A stretch of 62,956 bases of DNA, filler included, from Asterionella formosa (lineage: Eukaryota): the NCBI GenBank assembly GCA_002256025.1. It is 16 parts of 16 records of this genome, joined end to end, with 100 filler letters (N's around TTAATTAATTAA, not from the genome) between each part and the next. Parts side by side here need not be neighbours in the genome. Positions count along the whole stretch, not along the records: positions 59,432 to 62,956 come from NKIB01014080.1; 15 more parts are not named here. One strand, written 5' to 3'. The notes under the pieces are model-generated. The model was not told the DNA's origin and ran no database searches. It saw only the letters and a list, made by a program, of their open reading frames with translations. Position numbers and translations under genes: made by a program. Every line of letters begins with the position of its first letter. Positions within the stretch are counted from its first letter, which is position 1. Positions 61,481-62,956 of this stretch are shown here, piece after piece.

Positions 61481-62956
61481 CATTGAAAGAGAAATCACCC
61501 ATGTTTCTTTGGTTAAATCTTGAGATTGTTGAAGCCATGATGAGGTTGACAAGTTTGTGCACATTTAGCAGTTTTTGTGGTAATTTAGTGATGATGATGT
61601 GATGGTGTACAATGAACAATCTACAGTGTACACTGTCTAGTGCACACGTGCACACAGAAATACTAATTTTTCCATAGTACGTATGCCGATTTTTACCATT
61701 TTGGTGTGACTTAATAGCCCAAACATTGATCGGAATTTCGCTCTCCAGGCTTTACAAGACATGCCGGATTTTCTGTAAGATTCCTACATAGCAGTATACT
61801 GGCCAAAATTTGGAGCAGTATGGTATTTGGAATATAGAATGATAGTATACTGGTATACTGATACTCAGTCTGGATCAGTATCAGTATCCAATACTGCAGT
61901 AAACTTTCACCAACGTATGACCTTGTTGAAAGGTCTCGTACTCCTTCCCGTCTGACGGGTTCCTCTTACGTAGAACTTACCTGTTATACCACTAGTATTG
62001 TTATCTTCTTTCTGCTGCTAGCCTTTGTGCTAGTTTTAACTATTGACCTTACTCTGTCAATTCTCACTGTTTCTTAATTATAAGCTTAAACTAAAACTAA
62101 GTTTATCACACTTAGAGAACCTGTTCTTCGTGTTCCCTTTTCGTTGATGTAAACTTTCTTCTGATTGATCTAAGACATCAATCTTGTTAGCAAGCTTCTT
62201 GACATGGGAACGCGCCATTTGACTCATTGTTGGACTATAGTCGAGTCCACAGTCCTTGTGACTCATTATAGCCATTGATGCTATATTCTTGACATGACCT
62301 ATAGTATATTTGATCATGTTACTATCACCACATGGTTAGTACCAGGTAGACTACCTGGTACCGGGTACATATGCATACTACCGTTTTTTGCGAGGAAAAC
62401 AATGATGGTGCCTGGAAAATCCGTTGTTCGAGCTATTTAGCTTGATCTTTTCCGAAGGATCAAACGTGTTTTACCATACCTTCCTGCTGGCAGTTTGCAA
62501 GCACGCACCTACTACCAGTTACTGGTTATGGGGAAGTTTGTGCATGCTACCTCCTTTGTATACTGACGACGACTTCTATTTGCAATAACCACGGTACCAG
62601 GTACCGTAGACTTCTTATTCACACCCTGAATTTTAGGTCAAACCGACACCTAAAAAATGGTCGGTACAAAATGTACAGACGAGAACGACTTCTACCTCGG
62701 GCGGACCACACCCATCCATACCTAATACAGAAAGTACTGATAATACGTTGCAGGGCGGAGCAGAAGACAAAAAATATTGTAACTATACTAGCTAGTATAC
62801 ACACAATATGTAAATTACGACTCACTATCACTTCATTTCAACCTCAACCAAATGATAGAATGTAGATGAAATGACTAGCTAGCTATTAGTAGTATCAGTA
62901 CTACTTGTTCTGTTGAAAATTGTTGACAACATTCAACAATCACGGCCTGATTCTTC

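Overview
This is eukaryotic DNA, most likely from a diatom (stramenopile) genome or MAG. The evidence is short GT-AG introns, bipartite plastid presequences, CoDi-type Copia elements and diatom-typical families. It is not one continuous locus: 16 contigs are joined by artificial 100-bp linkers (N44-TTAATTAATTAA-N44), so gene neighbourhoods only hold within a contig. Host genes: Siva-like zinc finger, plastid 2Fe-2S ferredoxin-domain protein, helicase-associated (HA) domain protein, RBMX2/Snu17, an ankyrin protein, LRR proteins, a 938-aa triple Cys/His-domain protein, a FadE-type acyl-CoA dehydrogenase, and peroxiredoxin and kinase pseudogenes. Mobile DNA dominates: Gypsy, several Copia pieces, a full-length pogo/DDE_1 element with perfect 28-bp TIRs, IS630/Tc1-like remnants, hAT, MITEs and Plavaka/CMC-like elements. 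The best candidate for something new is on the 8.4-kb contig (29123-37552). There, about 5.5 tandem copies of a ~191-bp unit (31731-32763), each able to fold into a multi-hairpin module, lie between an IS630-like transposase and a three-gene Plavaka-like cassette. One cassette gene is an unassigned protein family that recurs next to a Plavaka-like fragment on another contig, and a motif from the unit recurs as a separate 20-bp tandem array. All family assignments come from motifs read by eye; no database searches were run.
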